Part shown: one piece after another, positions 1 through 9,471 of the stretch
Layout: each line of letters opens with the position of its first letter
Numbering within the stretch: the first letter of the stretch is position 1
Origin: an uncultured Desulfarculus sp.
GTDB taxonomy: Bacteria > Desulfobacterota > Desulfarculia > Desulfarculales > Desulfarculaceae
Reading direction: 5' to 3'
DNA length: 64,000 nt
Assembly: GCA_963665125.2 (NCBI GenBank)
Contig: CAXXUK010000001.1
Coordinates: 800,001 to 864,000 of the forward strand
Position numbers and translations under genes: made by a program
The notes under the pieces: model-generated
Told to the model about the DNA's origin: nothing
Databases searched by the model: none
What the model saw: only the letters and a program-made list of their open reading frames with translations

Positions 1-744
1 GCTGGCCCCGTCCACGTGAAGGGGGATGTCCCAGCCGGTTTTAGCGTTGAGCTCGTCCAGGGCGTCGTTGAAGCCCTGGATGTCCTCGTACTGGCCGGTG
101 AAGGTGGTGCCCAGGATGCCCACGACGCCGATGGTGTTTTCATCGCAGAGTTCCACCATCTGCCCGGGCGTCATCATGTACTGGCCCGGCTCCATGGGCG
201 CCAGACGGGGCTCCACCTCCCAGTAGCGGGCGAATTTTTCCCAGCAAACCTGCACGTCGATGCCCATGACCAGGTTGGGCTTGTCCGTGGGTTTGCCCTT
301 GGCCTGCAAGCGTTTTTTCCACTGCCACTTCATGGCCATGCCGCCCAGCATGGCCGCCTCGGACGAACCGATCGTGGAGCATCCGGCGTGGTTGGCCTCC
401 TCCGGCGCGTTGAACAGATGCGCCAGCATGTTCACACAGCGCATTTCCAGTTCGGCGGTCTGGGGGTATTCGTCCTTGTCGATCATGTTCTTGTCGAACG
501 TCTCGGACATAAGCTGCCTGGCTTCGGGCTCCATCCAGGTGGTGACGAAGGTGGCTAGGTTGAGCCGGGAGTTGCCGTCGAGCATCAATTCGTCGTGTAC
601 GACGTTGTAAGCAGTGCCGGGGCTCATTTCGTTTTGGGGCATCTCAAAGCGTGGTATGGCCGATGTCAGGGCCCGGCTGCCGTATGTGGGCGTCAGGTAG
701 GGCGAATTGCGGTATCTGGCTCGGTCTGATTTGCGGTGGATCAT
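1..744 (-). CDS. gadB: Glutamate decarboxylase (PLP-dependent), 5' part; runs off the left edge
   Basis: Not in the ORF track. Manual translation from ATG 744 (SD-like AAGGGG upstream): MIHRKSD...DELMLDGNSRLNLATFVTTWMEPEA...WDIPLHVDGAS, the GAD signature segments. Confidence 0.92.
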   Translation of the reverse strand, partial: MIHRKSDRARYRNSPYLTPTYGSRALTSAIPRFEMPQNEMSPGTAYNVVHDELMLDGNSRLNLATFVTTWMEPEARQLMSETFDKNMIDKDEYPQTAELEMRCVNMLAHLFNAPEEANHAGCSTIGSSEAAMLGGMAMKWQWKKRLQAKGKPTDKPNLVMGIDVQVCWEKFARYWEVEPRLAPMEPGQYMMTPGQMVELCDENTIGVVGILGTTFTGQYEDIQGFNDALDELNAKTGWDIPLHVDGAS

Positions 745-873
745 ACGGTACCCCTTGATAGGAATGAGAAGGATTCGGGCGGCGCTGCCGACCTACGATA
801 TTTCTTGTGCCGAAACGGCCGGGTGGTTCATAATCAACGCCATTGTTACCAGATAATCAAGGAGACACCGCCA

Positions 874-1680
874 ATGCGCAAGACTGTTGTTATTTTATTG
901 ACCCTTTTGGCCCTGGTTTGCGCCCTGTCCGTCACTGCATATGCAGGCCCCACTCTGGACCGCATCAAGCAAAGCGGTGAGATCCGCATAGGCACCTGCC
1001 CCACCATACCGCCGTTCAGCGCCAAGGCCAAAAACGGCATGATCATAGGCTATGACGCCGACGTGGCCAACATTTTGGCCGGGGCCATGGATATCAAGCT
1101 CCGCTTTGTGGAGATGCCCTTTCCCGAGCTGTTGAACGCCCTGGAGCAGGACAAGATCGACGCCATCATCAGCGCCATGACCATTACCCCGAAACGCAAT
1201 ATGCGGGTTGCCTTCTCTGGTCCGTATTTTGTTTCCGGCCAGACTGTCCTGGGCACCGACGCCCTGATGGCCAAGATCAACGGACGGGAAGACCTCAACT
1301 CCGACAAGTATTCGGTGACGGCCGCCGAAGACACGACGTCGTTGAACGCGGCGGAAAAGCTTCTTTCAAAGGCCAAGCTGGTCGAGACCGCCGACCCCGA
1401 GGCCAGCCTCAAGCTGTTGCTGGATAAGAAGGTCGACATGATGATGGTCGACTACGGTTTCGCGGCCATGGCCGCCTTCCGCTACAAGGACAAAGGCCTG
1501 GCAGTGATCGGCAAGCCTTTCACCTTTGAGCCCTACGGCATCGCCATCAAGGCCGGCGACCCGGAACTGACCAATCTGCTGGACAACTTTTTGCTGGTTT
1601 TTCACGGCAGCGGCCAACAGAAGCTGGTTGAGGAACGCTGGTTCCAGAGGGCTTCCTGGATGAAGGAGTTGGCCGAGTAG
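874..1680 (+). CDS. Polar amino-acid ABC transporter substrate-binding protein (family 3), no permease genes alongside
   Basis: Signal peptide after ATG 874 (AAGGAG SD); TLDRIKQSGEIRIG, PPFS, GYDADVA, MTITPKR, FSGPYF, EPYGIAI motifs. Confidence 0.88.
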   Translation: MRKTVVILLTLLALVCALSVTAYAGPTLDRIKQSGEIRIGTCPTIPPFSAKAKNGMIIGYDADVANILAGAMDIKLRFVEMPFPELLNALEQDKIDAIISAMTITPKRNMRVAFSGPYFVSGQTVLGTDALMAKINGREDLNSDKYSVTAAEDTTSLNAAEKLLSKAKLVETADPEASLKLLLDKKVDMMMVDYGFAAMAAFRYKDKGLAVIGKPFTFEPYGIAIKAGDPELTNLLDNFLLVFHGSGQQKLVEERWFQRASWMKELAE

Positions 1681-1698
1681 ATCCGGCGTTACATGGCA

Positions 1699-1729
1699 AA
1701 AGAAAGGCCCCCGTGAGGGGGCTTTTCTT
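1699..1729. terminator. Bidirectional intrinsic terminator
   Basis: AAGAAAGGCCCCC-GTGA-GGGGGCTTTTCTT hairpin between convergent genes. Confidence 0.8.
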
Positions 1730-1754
1730 ATTGGCTTGCCAGGAATTTGCCGGG

Positions 1755-3044
1755 CTAGTGCTTGAAGGCCCGCTGGCCGGTGAAGACCATGGCCACCGGC
1801 GGGTCGGCCTGGTTGCAGGCCTCGATTGACTCCCAGTCGCGCATGGCCCCGCCGGGATGGGCGATGCAGCCCACGCCCTGGGCCAGACCCACGTCGACGC
1901 CGTCCCGGAAGGGGAAGAACGCGTCGGAGATCATCACCGAGCCGGGCAGACCGGCCTTGTCGGCCTTGGTTCGGGCCATGATCTTGTCCATGAGTTCGGC
2001 GGGCTTTTCACCCTGGGCGATCTTGGCGGCCAGTTCGTCGAGCTTCAGGCCGTGCTCCCGCCAGCAGAGCTTGTTGGCGTATTTGGAATAGGCCTTGTCA
2101 ACGGCAATGCGGGCCACGCCCACGCGGTCCTGCTCGCCTGTGCCGATGCCCACCGTGCAGCCGTCTTTCACGTAGATTACGCTGTTGCTGGTAACGCCCT
2201 GCTCCACGGCCCAGCCGAACACCACGTCGGCCAGTTCTTGGGCCGTTGGCTGGCGTATGGGCTCATAGACCTTGCCGTCATGTTCGCACTTGGCGGGCAG
2301 CAGATCGCCGGCGGTCCTGATGGGGTTGAAGCTGGAGGTTTGCAAGACCATGCCGCCGTCGATGAGGCACTTGATATCCAGGAATCTCTTGTCGCGCCAC
2401 TGATCCAGCTCGGCGATGCGCGGTATGCGCAGGATGCGCAGGTTTTTGCGCGAGGCCAGGATGTCCAGGCTGCCTTCCTCATAGTCGGGTGCGGCCACCA
2501 CCTCCAGGTAAAGATCGCTCATCATCTCGGCCGCTGTCTTGTCCACCGGCCGGTTCAATACGGCCGCGCCGCCGAAGGCCGCGATGAGGTCGGCCATGAA
2601 TGCCCGGTGATAGGCAGTGGAGATGTCGTCGGCCACGGCCGCGCCGGAGGGGTTGTTGTGCTTCATGATCGCCGCGGCGGGTCGGTCCGTGAGGTAGCGC
2701 AAGATGTGCAGGGCGCCGTCAACGTCCGTCAGGTTGGTCTTGCCGGGATGCTTGCCCGCCTGAACCATCTGCGACTCGTCCAGGGCCGAGACCAAACCGC
2801 GGCCGGGCTCGATCAACTCGACATCGCCGACCTTGAGCCGGCCTTGGGCCAATTCGTACAGCGCTGCTTCCTGGCCGGGGTTTTCACCATAGCGAAGGCC
2901 TTTTTCCACCAGCCCGCCCTGGCCGTCGGAGAGCTTCCAGGCACGTTTTTGATATTTCAAGACGGTGTCGCCAACGGTGAGAGTCACTTCCGGCGGAAAA
3001 TGATCATCCATAACCGTGCGGTATTGTTTTTTTATATCGCTCAC
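1755..3044 (-). CDS. purH: PurH-family AICAR transformylase-domain protein (delta-proteobacterial type, no N-terminal MGS-like IMP cyclohydrolase domain)
   Basis: LRYGENPGQEAALY, MKHNNPSG, SNSVIY, GIGTGEQDRV, SDAFFPFRDG, HPGG, MVFTGQRAFKH. Start placed at GTG 3044 behind GGGAG. Confidence 0.82.
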   Translation of the reverse strand: MSDIKKQYRTVMDDHFPPEVTLTVGDTVLKYQKRAWKLSDGQGGLVEKGLRYGENPGQEAALYELAQGRLKVGDVELIEPGRGLVSALDESQMVQAGKHPGKTNLTDVDGALHILRYLTDRPAAAIMKHNNPSGAAVADDISTAYHRAFMADLIAAFGGAAVLNRPVDKTAAEMMSDLYLEVVAAPDYEEGSLDILASRKNLRILRIPRIAELDQWRDKRFLDIKCLIDGGMVLQTSSFNPIRTAGDLLPAKCEHDGKVYEPIRQPTAQELADVVFGWAVEQGVTSNSVIYVKDGCTVGIGTGEQDRVGVARIAVDKAYSKYANKLCWREHGLKLDELAAKIAQGEKPAELMDKIMARTKADKAGLPGSVMISDAFFPFRDGVDVGLAQGVGCIAHPGGAMRDWESIEACNQADPPVAMVFTGQRAFKH

Positions 3045-3232
3045 TGGGTTACTCCCACTGTAAGAGGTTTTTTGAAAATACACCGCAGATTCTATGTATA
3101 TGGGCCCCCGCGGTCAAGAGCTTGGGCCAATGTTGTTGGGGTCCGCTGTATTGATGACCGAAAATATGAAATTATATGATAGCCTTTAATACTGAGCATG
3201 GTCATTTTGTCAAGGTTCGAAAGGTGTTGGCC

Positions 3233-5776
3233 GTGAGAGAAAAAACGCTGATGCGACCAATATACATCGCCGCAATTTATCTTGTTGCGTCCGTGCTTTG
3301 GATTTTCTTTTCAGACTCCGTCGCGGCGATGCTTTCTTCCGACAAAGAAGTTCTGGTTGTGCTGGAGATGGTGAAAGGCTGGCTGTTCGTAATGGCCAGT
3401 GCGCTTTTTTTGTATTGGGCCTTATCCAGGGCCTCGGCCGTTGGCGAGCCGCGCGGCTATCGGGGGGCGATAGGGCGCGGCAATTGGTCCGAGTTGGCGG
3501 ATGAGTTCAAGGATGTCGCCTGCGCCGGTTGTGACGCTTTTTGGATCAAGGACCTTAAGAAAAACAAGATTGATTACGTAAGTCCTGGTTTCGAGGACCT
3601 ATGGAAAATTTCTAATAAAAAACTGTATGACGATCCGTCAGCGTATTTGGGGGCGGTGTATCAACAGGATTTGGATTCGGCACTCGCCGCCGCATCGGGT
3701 CTGGAAAAGGACCAGGACCAAGCCCATCAATTTCGTATCGCTTGGCCTGATGGATCAGCGCGTTGGGTCAAACTGTTTTCCGTGTTGCGATTGGATTCCA
3801 ACGGCGATCCGTCCAAATTGGCGGTCATCGCCGAAGATGTTACCGACAACCTGGAGCGGATGGACCAACTGCGCCGTCAAAGGGATCTGGCCCAAAAGTA
3901 TCTAAACGTGGCGGGAGCCATAATGGTGGCCATCGGGCGTGATGAAAAAGTCGCCATGGTCAACCCAAAGGGGTGTGAGATCCTTGGATATCCTGAAAAG
4001 GAAATCTTGGGCCGCAACTGGTTTGATTACTTTATTCCCGAGGACGAAAGAGAAAACGTCAGAGATGTATTTCATCTGATCGTCCAAGGCCAAATGGAGG
4101 CCGCTGAAAGTTATGAAAACCGGGTGATTATCAAAGGCGGCATCACCAGGATCATCGAGTGGCGCAATACCATTCTCAAGGGAGACGACGGTGGATTCGA
4201 GGCCAGCCTCAGCTATGGTGAGGACGTGACCGACAAACACCAGGCGCAACAGGGGCATCTACGGTTGATGCGGGCGGTTGAACAGGCAGCCGAAGGCATA
4301 GCTACAATCAACACCCATGGCGTGACTGATTATGTCAATCCTTCCTTTGTGGAGATCACCGGGGCTGCCGGACAGGATATGGTAGGCTGCTCCATTTTTG
4401 ATTATATCGGCCAGGACGGCCCGGGTCAGGCAGCCAATTTGCAGTTGTCCTCCCTGGCCAAGGCGGCCCGGGGGGCTTATCAAACCAAGTTCCAGAGAAC
4501 GGATTCGGATGGCCGGGAAAAAAGCCTGGAAATGACGATCTCTCCGGTGCGCCAAGACGGTCAGCGCCTGTCCGGATTTGTGGTGGTGCTACGGGATGTC
4601 ACTGACCTTCGGCGCCTGGAGAACAAGCTTCGGCAGTCGCAAAAAATGGAGGCCATCGGCACGCTGGCCGGCGGCATTGCCCACGATTTCAACAATATTC
4701 TAGGCTCCATCATAGGTTATACGGAACTGGCCGCCTGGGACATGCCCCCGGACAGCGGCCCTAAAAGGTATATGGAACAGGTGTTGATGGCGGGCGAGCG
4801 GGCCAAGGAGTTGGTCGGACAAATATTGTCATTCAGCCGTCAGGGCGAAAAAGAGCGCCGCCCCATAAAACTCACTCCGATTATCAAGGAGACGGTGAAG
4901 CTACTGCGGGCTTCGCTTCCGGCCATAATCGATATTGAGTCCAGTTTGGACAAGGAAAGCGGCTCGGTCTTGTCCGATCCGGTGCAGATTCAGCAGGTGT
5001 TGATGAACCTGGCCACCAATGCCGCCCAGGCCATTGGTGAGCAGACCGGGCACATCTCAATTTCCTTGACGGAACAACTTGTCGACCGGCAAGGCGGTGC
5101 GTTGCATCCCGAGTTGAAACCCGGCATGTATACCTTGCTTGTCGTAAGCGATACCGGCTGCGGGATTCCCAAACAAAATATTGATAAGATTTTCGACCCC
5201 TATTTTTCCACTAAAAAACCAGGGGAGGGAACCGGACTGGGCTTGGCCATGGTTCATGGGATAGTCAATAGCCACGGCGGGGTGGTCAGCGTATACAGCA
5301 AACCGGGCGATGGCACGACGTTCAAGATTTTTTTGCCCCGAATAACCACCGAGGCCGCCGAGCCGTCGGCCTATGATTACACCAACTATCATGGAAGCGA
5401 ACGGGTATTGTTGGTCGACGACGAACAGGCCCTGATCAAGGCAAATGGTGAAATGCTGGGCAAAATGGGCTACCGGGTAAGCATCTGCGCCAAGCCCGTA
5501 GAGGCCCTTGATTTGTTCAAGGCCGATCCCATGGCCTTTGATCTGGTGATAACCGACTATGCCATGCCCGTGATGAGTGGGACTGACCTGGCTAGAAGCA
5601 TGTTGGAAATCCGTCCGGATTTGCCGCTCATACTTTGCACGGGCTTCAGCGAAACCATCAGCCGGCAAGTTGCCGGAACAATGGGTTTCGGAGATTTCAT
5701 AATGAAGCCGGTGTTGGCCGGGCAATTGGCCAAATCCATCCGCAAAGTCATGGACACCCGGCGGCCGGAAAAATAA
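3233..5776 (+). CDS. Membrane-anchored multi-PAS hybrid sensor histidine kinase with receiver domain
   Basis: 2 N-terminal TM helices, three PAS/PAC-like segments, QKMEAIGTLAGGIAHDFNN H-box, GTGLGL G-box, C-terminal REC (LLVDDE..ITDYAMP..KP). Start uncertain (3176/3233/3251). Confidence 0.9.
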   Translation: MREKTLMRPIYIAAIYLVASVLWIFFSDSVAAMLSSDKEVLVVLEMVKGWLFVMASALFLYWALSRASAVGEPRGYRGAIGRGNWSELADEFKDVACAGCDAFWIKDLKKNKIDYVSPGFEDLWKISNKKLYDDPSAYLGAVYQQDLDSALAAASGLEKDQDQAHQFRIAWPDGSARWVKLFSVLRLDSNGDPSKLAVIAEDVTDNLERMDQLRRQRDLAQKYLNVAGAIMVAIGRDEKVAMVNPKGCEILGYPEKEILGRNWFDYFIPEDERENVRDVFHLIVQGQMEAAESYENRVIIKGGITRIIEWRNTILKGDDGGFEASLSYGEDVTDKHQAQQGHLRLMRAVEQAAEGIATINTHGVTDYVNPSFVEITGAAGQDMVGCSIFDYIGQDGPGQAANLQLSSLAKAARGAYQTKFQRTDSDGREKSLEMTISPVRQDGQRLSGFVVVLRDVTDLRRLENKLRQSQKMEAIGTLAGGIAHDFNNILGSIIGYTELAAWDMPPDSGPKRYMEQVLMAGERAKELVGQILSFSRQGEKERRPIKLTPIIKETVKLLRASLPAIIDIESSLDKESGSVLSDPVQIQQVLMNLATNAAQAIGEQTGHISISLTEQLVDRQGGALHPELKPGMYTLLVVSDTGCGIPKQNIDKIFDPYFSTKKPGEGTGLGLAMVHGIVNSHGGVVSVYSKPGDGTTFKIFLPRITTEAAEPSAYDYTNYHGSERVLLVDDEQALIKANGEMLGKMGYRVSICAKPVEALDLFKADPMAFDLVITDYAMPVMSGTDLARSMLEIRPDLPLILCTGFSETISRQVAGTMGFGDFIMKPVLAGQLAKSIRKVMDTRRPEK

Positions 5777-6025
5777 TCAGGCCTTGCCGCAGCATGAGCC
5801 GGGACCGGCGCAGCCGGCGTGGCCCGGAGCTGAGCCGCAACAGGCCGTATCGCCTGGGCCGGGCAGGCCGGAGCCCTGACGGCCGGTGAGGCTGCTGGTG
5901 GGCGACATGTGCTTGGTCATGTTGGCGCCGCCGCAGTGGGGGCATTTGACGGATTCGCTATCGCTGAAAACCAACACCTCGCTCGACCGGCCACAATCAT
6001 TGCAAACAAAATCAAAAAGCGGCAT
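5777..6025 (-). CDS. FmdB-family zinc-ribbon protein with Cys-rich tail
   Basis: MPLFDFVCNDCG...CPHCGG pattern; tail ACCGSAPGHAGCAGPGSCCG; start overlaps the stop of the upstream gene by 1 nt. Confidence 0.82.
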   Translation of the reverse strand: MPLFDFVCNDCGRSSEVLVFSDSESVKCPHCGGANMTKHMSPTSSLTGRQGSGLPGPGDTACCGSAPGHAGCAGPGSCCGKA

Positions 6026-6318
6026 CACTGACATCCGTTTGGTGAATCGTTTATGAATATCGCCTTGCCCTCCACCAAGGCTTCGACGATTTTGGCCCTG
6101 GCGGTTTTTACCGTACGTTGCACCGTACCCCGGCTGACGCCCATCCGCTCCCCCGCCTCTTCCTGGGTCAGACCTTCCAAATCGCAAAGCCGCATGGCTT
6201 CCAACTCGTCCGTCTCAAGAAGAGTGACGTCCACCATGTGCATCGGCACGCCTGTGGGCCGGAGGCCACGGCATTCTGTTTGACAGCCGCATTGACGGGG
6301 TTTGCGAGGTCTGGGCAT
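6025..6318 (-). CDS. DUF134 (UPF0251) HTH protein
   Basis: MPRPRKPR...DELEAMRLCDLEGLTQEEAGERMGVSRGTVQR..ARAKIVEALVEGK; GGAG SD before ATG 6318. Confidence 0.88.
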   Translation of the reverse strand: MPRPRKPRQCGCQTECRGLRPTGVPMHMVDVTLLETDELEAMRLCDLEGLTQEEAGERMGVSRGTVQRTVKTARAKIVEALVEGKAIFINDSPNGCQ

Positions 6319-6380
6319 TTGGGCTCCGTTTTGTGTCAATGCTCAAAATTAACACGGGGCCGTCATCTGGTCAACAGATG

Positions 6381-9128
6381 CTAGGTGGGCACCACCACCG
6401 GAGGACGCAGCAGCAGGTCCACCGCTTCCCTGGCCGTGGCAGCCAGGGTGGGGTGGGTTTCGTACAACGACGCCAACTGGCGCAGGTTGTCCGAGGTGCG
6501 GTAGATCAGGGCGGCCAGATCGCCTTCGGCGCCGCCATAGAGGAACACTACGTCGTTGAAGTCCTGGCCCTGGGCCCAAGCAAACATGGCCGTGGCGGCC
6601 GGCAGGGGCATCGCCGGGGTGTCGAAGCCCCATTGGCGCAAGCGGTCCAAGAGGGGAGAAATCACCCGCAGCAGTTCGGACACGCCTTCCTTGAGGCGCT
6701 GACTGACATAGGGTGTTTCATAGTCCCTCTCCCGCTCATCGACAAACAGGGCCAATAGGGCCGACAGGAGCACGGGGTCATCGGCGGGCAGGGCCCTGTC
6801 GCGGATGGCCTGGGCTATCAGCACGGGCTGGTCCAGGCGCAGCTTGCTGGCCCACAGGCCGTCCTGAGTCAGCTTGCCCTTGGCGTCGACAAAGCCTTCG
6901 CTGCGCAGGAATTCCAGGCGTTTGACAAAGTCGTACCAAAAGGCGTGGCTTTCCTCCTGGACCTTGGACAGCAGATGCTCGGCCTTGGCCAGCAGGGGGT
7001 CCAATTCATCACCGCCCCTGAGGCAGCTTTGCTCCAACTTGCAGTCGGTGCACATCTGCTGGGAGACCTGTTCGTTGAGGTCGTTCAGTTTGGCCTGGGT
7101 GTCGGCCAACTCCCGTCCGGCCAGCATTTCCAGTTGCTCGTCGGAAAGCGGTTTGGGCTCGTCGGGTATCTGATCCAATACGGCCTGGGCCAGGGTGCGG
7201 CCTCCGCCGGACATGGGCAGGTCGATGATTTCATTAAAAACCCCGGCGATTTCGTCCAGGGGAATAAAGTCCAGCCTGGGGCGGCCCCGCTGCAGGCGGC
7301 GGTCCGGAATGAGGCTGACGGCCAATACGCCCGCTTCTTCGCCATGGCCTTCGCGCCGCAATACGGCGGCCATGGCCCCGAACATGTCCATGAACACCCG
7401 GCCCCTTTCCAGGGCGGCCCATAGCCCCTGGAGGTGGTTCATGGAGTTGAGCTCCCGGGCCAGCTTGCGGCGCAGGCTTTCCAATTGACGGCGGCGTTTG
7501 CGTCTGACAATGGCTTCTTCCGGGCCGTTGCAGTTGGAGCCGGCCAATAGCGGGGCCAGTGTGCTGAGCACCCGGCCCAGGCCGCTGTCGGCCGCCGGAG
7601 CGTCTCCCCTTTGCTCCAGGCGCTGGAAAGTGGCCAGACTGGCGCCCAGGAGTTGCTTGACCTCGGCCGGCCGCTGACTCAGCAACAGGTTGAGGACCAT
7701 GGAGAAGTTGATATGCAACTGGCTTTGGATTGGTTCGGGTTGGCCGTCAAGCAGCGAGGCCAGCAGGGTGACGTTTTGGAACGGCCCTGGAACGATCAGG
7801 GCAAAGCCGATGTTGTCCATGCCGCGGCGACCGGCCCTGCCGGTCATCTGCAATAAATCAGTGGCGCCCAGATCCACGAACTCCCGGCCGTTGAACCTGT
7901 CCGACTGGGTCACCACCACGGTGCGGGCCGGGAAGTTGACCCCTGCGGCCACGGTGGAGGTGCTGAAGATGGCCTTTAAAAGGCCCGTTTGCATCAGCCG
8001 TTCCACCAGCAGTTTCCAGTGGGGCAGGTGGCCCGCATGGTGGCTGGCCACGTGCAGCCTGCGCAGGGTGTCCAGTTGGGGGTGGCCGTCCAGGAAGGGA
8101 AAATCGGCGATGAAATCGTCGATGAAACGGTTGAGCTTATCCGATGCGTCCGGATCGATATCCAGATGAGCCGATGCCGCGAAGCCAAGGGCGCTGTCGC
8201 AATCGGCCCGGGATTTCAGGAAAAAAATGGCCGGCAGCATGTCCGCTTTTTCCAGGACCGCCAGGATGTTGGAAAACGGAGGTACGTACGATGCGGGACG
8301 TTGGCGCTGGTGCTTGCTCTCCTGTTCCAGAAAATGCTTCACCTTGCCGAATACACCCTGTCTGGTCTTCAGGGGGGTCAGTTCGCCGTCCGGGAACAGG
8401 AAAACCGGAAACAAGGGCACTGGACGGTGGTGGGTGATGACGGTTTCGCAGGAGCCGCCCCGGACAAACTCCAGCCAGCGCGATATCTGTTCGGCGTTTT
8501 CCACGGTTGCCGACAGCAGCAGCAGGCGCACCCTGGGCGGGGTGTAGATGATCACCTCTTCCCATACCACCCCGCGGTCCGGATCGCCCAGATAGTGGGC
8601 CTCATCCAGGACAATGAGGCTCGAATCGAGGTTGACCCCCCGATACATGGTGTCGTAGAGCTGGTTGCGCAGGATCTCCGTGGTGCCGACTATCAGCGGG
8701 GCCTGGGTGTTTTCCTTGCGGTCGCCGGTCAGAATGCCCACGTTCTCCGGCCCGAATATCTGGCCGAATTCGTGATACTTGGCGTTGGACAGGGCCTTGA
8801 GCGGGCTGGCGTACCAGGCCCGTTGGCCTTTTTCAAGCACCTGTCTGATGGCCTGCTCGGCGATCCAGGTCTTGCCGCTGCCGGTTGGCGCGCTGACCAC
8901 CACGTCGGCCGTTTCCAGGCGGGCGATGGCTTCGTCCTGAAATGGATCGGCACGGAATGCCTCGGCCTCGGGAACGCCGATATGCTCCAGGATGGGTTGC
9001 AGCCTCGGATTGACCCTGGGGCTGAAAACCGTTGAGGACCGGGCCGTGCGGCTGCGCGGCTGGGCTGGGGGCCTGCGTTTATAAGGTTGCTTGCCCTTGA
9101 CCTGATTTTTTGTTCTGCGTTGTGTCAA
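6381..9128 (-). CDS. Ski2/Mtr4/HelY-type SF2 DExH helicase with DSHCT-like C-terminus
   Basis: APTGSGKT, SPLKALSNAK, GILTGD, TTEILRN, LDEAHY, LSAT, HHAG, GVNFPARTVV, QMTGRAGRRGMD, EGDLAALIYRTSDNLRQL. Start set at TTG 9128 behind GGAG. Confidence 0.88.
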   Translation of the reverse strand: MTQRRTKNQVKGKQPYKRRPPAQPRSRTARSSTVFSPRVNPRLQPILEHIGVPEAEAFRADPFQDEAIARLETADVVVSAPTGSGKTWIAEQAIRQVLEKGQRAWYASPLKALSNAKYHEFGQIFGPENVGILTGDRKENTQAPLIVGTTEILRNQLYDTMYRGVNLDSSLIVLDEAHYLGDPDRGVVWEEVIIYTPPRVRLLLLSATVENAEQISRWLEFVRGGSCETVITHHRPVPLFPVFLFPDGELTPLKTRQGVFGKVKHFLEQESKHQRQRPASYVPPFSNILAVLEKADMLPAIFFLKSRADCDSALGFAASAHLDIDPDASDKLNRFIDDFIADFPFLDGHPQLDTLRRLHVASHHAGHLPHWKLLVERLMQTGLLKAIFSTSTVAAGVNFPARTVVVTQSDRFNGREFVDLGATDLLQMTGRAGRRGMDNIGFALIVPGPFQNVTLLASLLDGQPEPIQSQLHINFSMVLNLLLSQRPAEVKQLLGASLATFQRLEQRGDAPAADSGLGRVLSTLAPLLAGSNCNGPEEAIVRRKRRRQLESLRRKLARELNSMNHLQGLWAALERGRVFMDMFGAMAAVLRREGHGEEAGVLAVSLIPDRRLQRGRPRLDFIPLDEIAGVFNEIIDLPMSGGGRTLAQAVLDQIPDEPKPLSDEQLEMLAGRELADTQAKLNDLNEQVSQQMCTDCKLEQSCLRGGDELDPLLAKAEHLLSKVQEESHAFWYDFVKRLEFLRSEGFVDAKGKLTQDGLWASKLRLDQPVLIAQAIRDRALPADDPVLLSALLALFVDERERDYETPYVSQRLKEGVSELLRVISPLLDRLRQWGFDTPAMPLPAATAMFAWAQGQDFNDVVFLYGGAEGDLAALIYRTSDNLRQLASLYETHPTLAATAREAVDLLLRPPVVVPT

Positions 9129-9189
9129 CTCATTCTCCGTCGGCGCAGATGCTACACTAATTGAGCTTTTATCGCAACTTACATGATAG

Positions 9190-9445
9190 CACTGCAGGCG
9201 GAGCCAAAATGGAATGCCGCAAGGCCTTGGCGAGACAAAGATGGCGCACCTGAGCCAAGGCGTTACGCCGTGCTCCAGGGGTGCCTCAGTTGAAGGGGAA
9301 AAGCCGAAATGCAGGGGTGGCACCCCCCGTCTCCCGTCTCAACGGAAGCGGGGGGACACCGGGCGTCACCGTCCCTGGCGACTTTGCAAGGGGAGGGACG
9401 CCTCCCTGCGTCCCATGAACCGCGATACAACCAGTCGCGGTTCAC
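9190..9445 (-). ncRNA. Candidate structured RNA (sRNA or long 5' leader) with tandem AGGGA hairpin loops
   Basis: Starts at the predicted +1 of a sigma54 promoter; five or more stems; loops AGGGAG and AGGGAC; one stem has a G-U pair on the minus strand but an A-C mismatch on the plus strand. Family not recognised; 3' end uncertain. Confidence 0.55.
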
Positions 9446-9455
9446 ACGGATATTT

Positions 9456-9471
9456 AGCAACCGGCGTGCCA
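9456..9471 (-). promoter_or_regulatory. Sigma54 (-24/-12) promoter
   Basis: Minus strand reads TGGCACG-CCGG-TTGCT, an exact match to TGGCACG-N4-TTGCW; AT-rich tract at 9499-9521 just upstream. Confidence 0.82.

Noticed and set aside
9129..9323. 65-aa N-terminal extension of the helicase ORF, and the small ORFs 9214-9489 (+) and 9263-9472 (-)
   Set aside because: No helicase-like content or SD; they overlap the hairpin-rich RNA candidate. A GGAG-preceded TTG at 9128 is a better start.
9240..9450. Plus-strand reading as lysine or cobalamin riboswitch, 6S, SRP or RNase P RNA
   Set aside because: GAAGGGG..GCCGAA resembles part of a lysine riboswitch, but the AGUA motif and other cores are missing; no SRP GGAAG-CAGC loop or RNase P GAGGAAAGUCC; the sigma54 promoter points along the minus strand.
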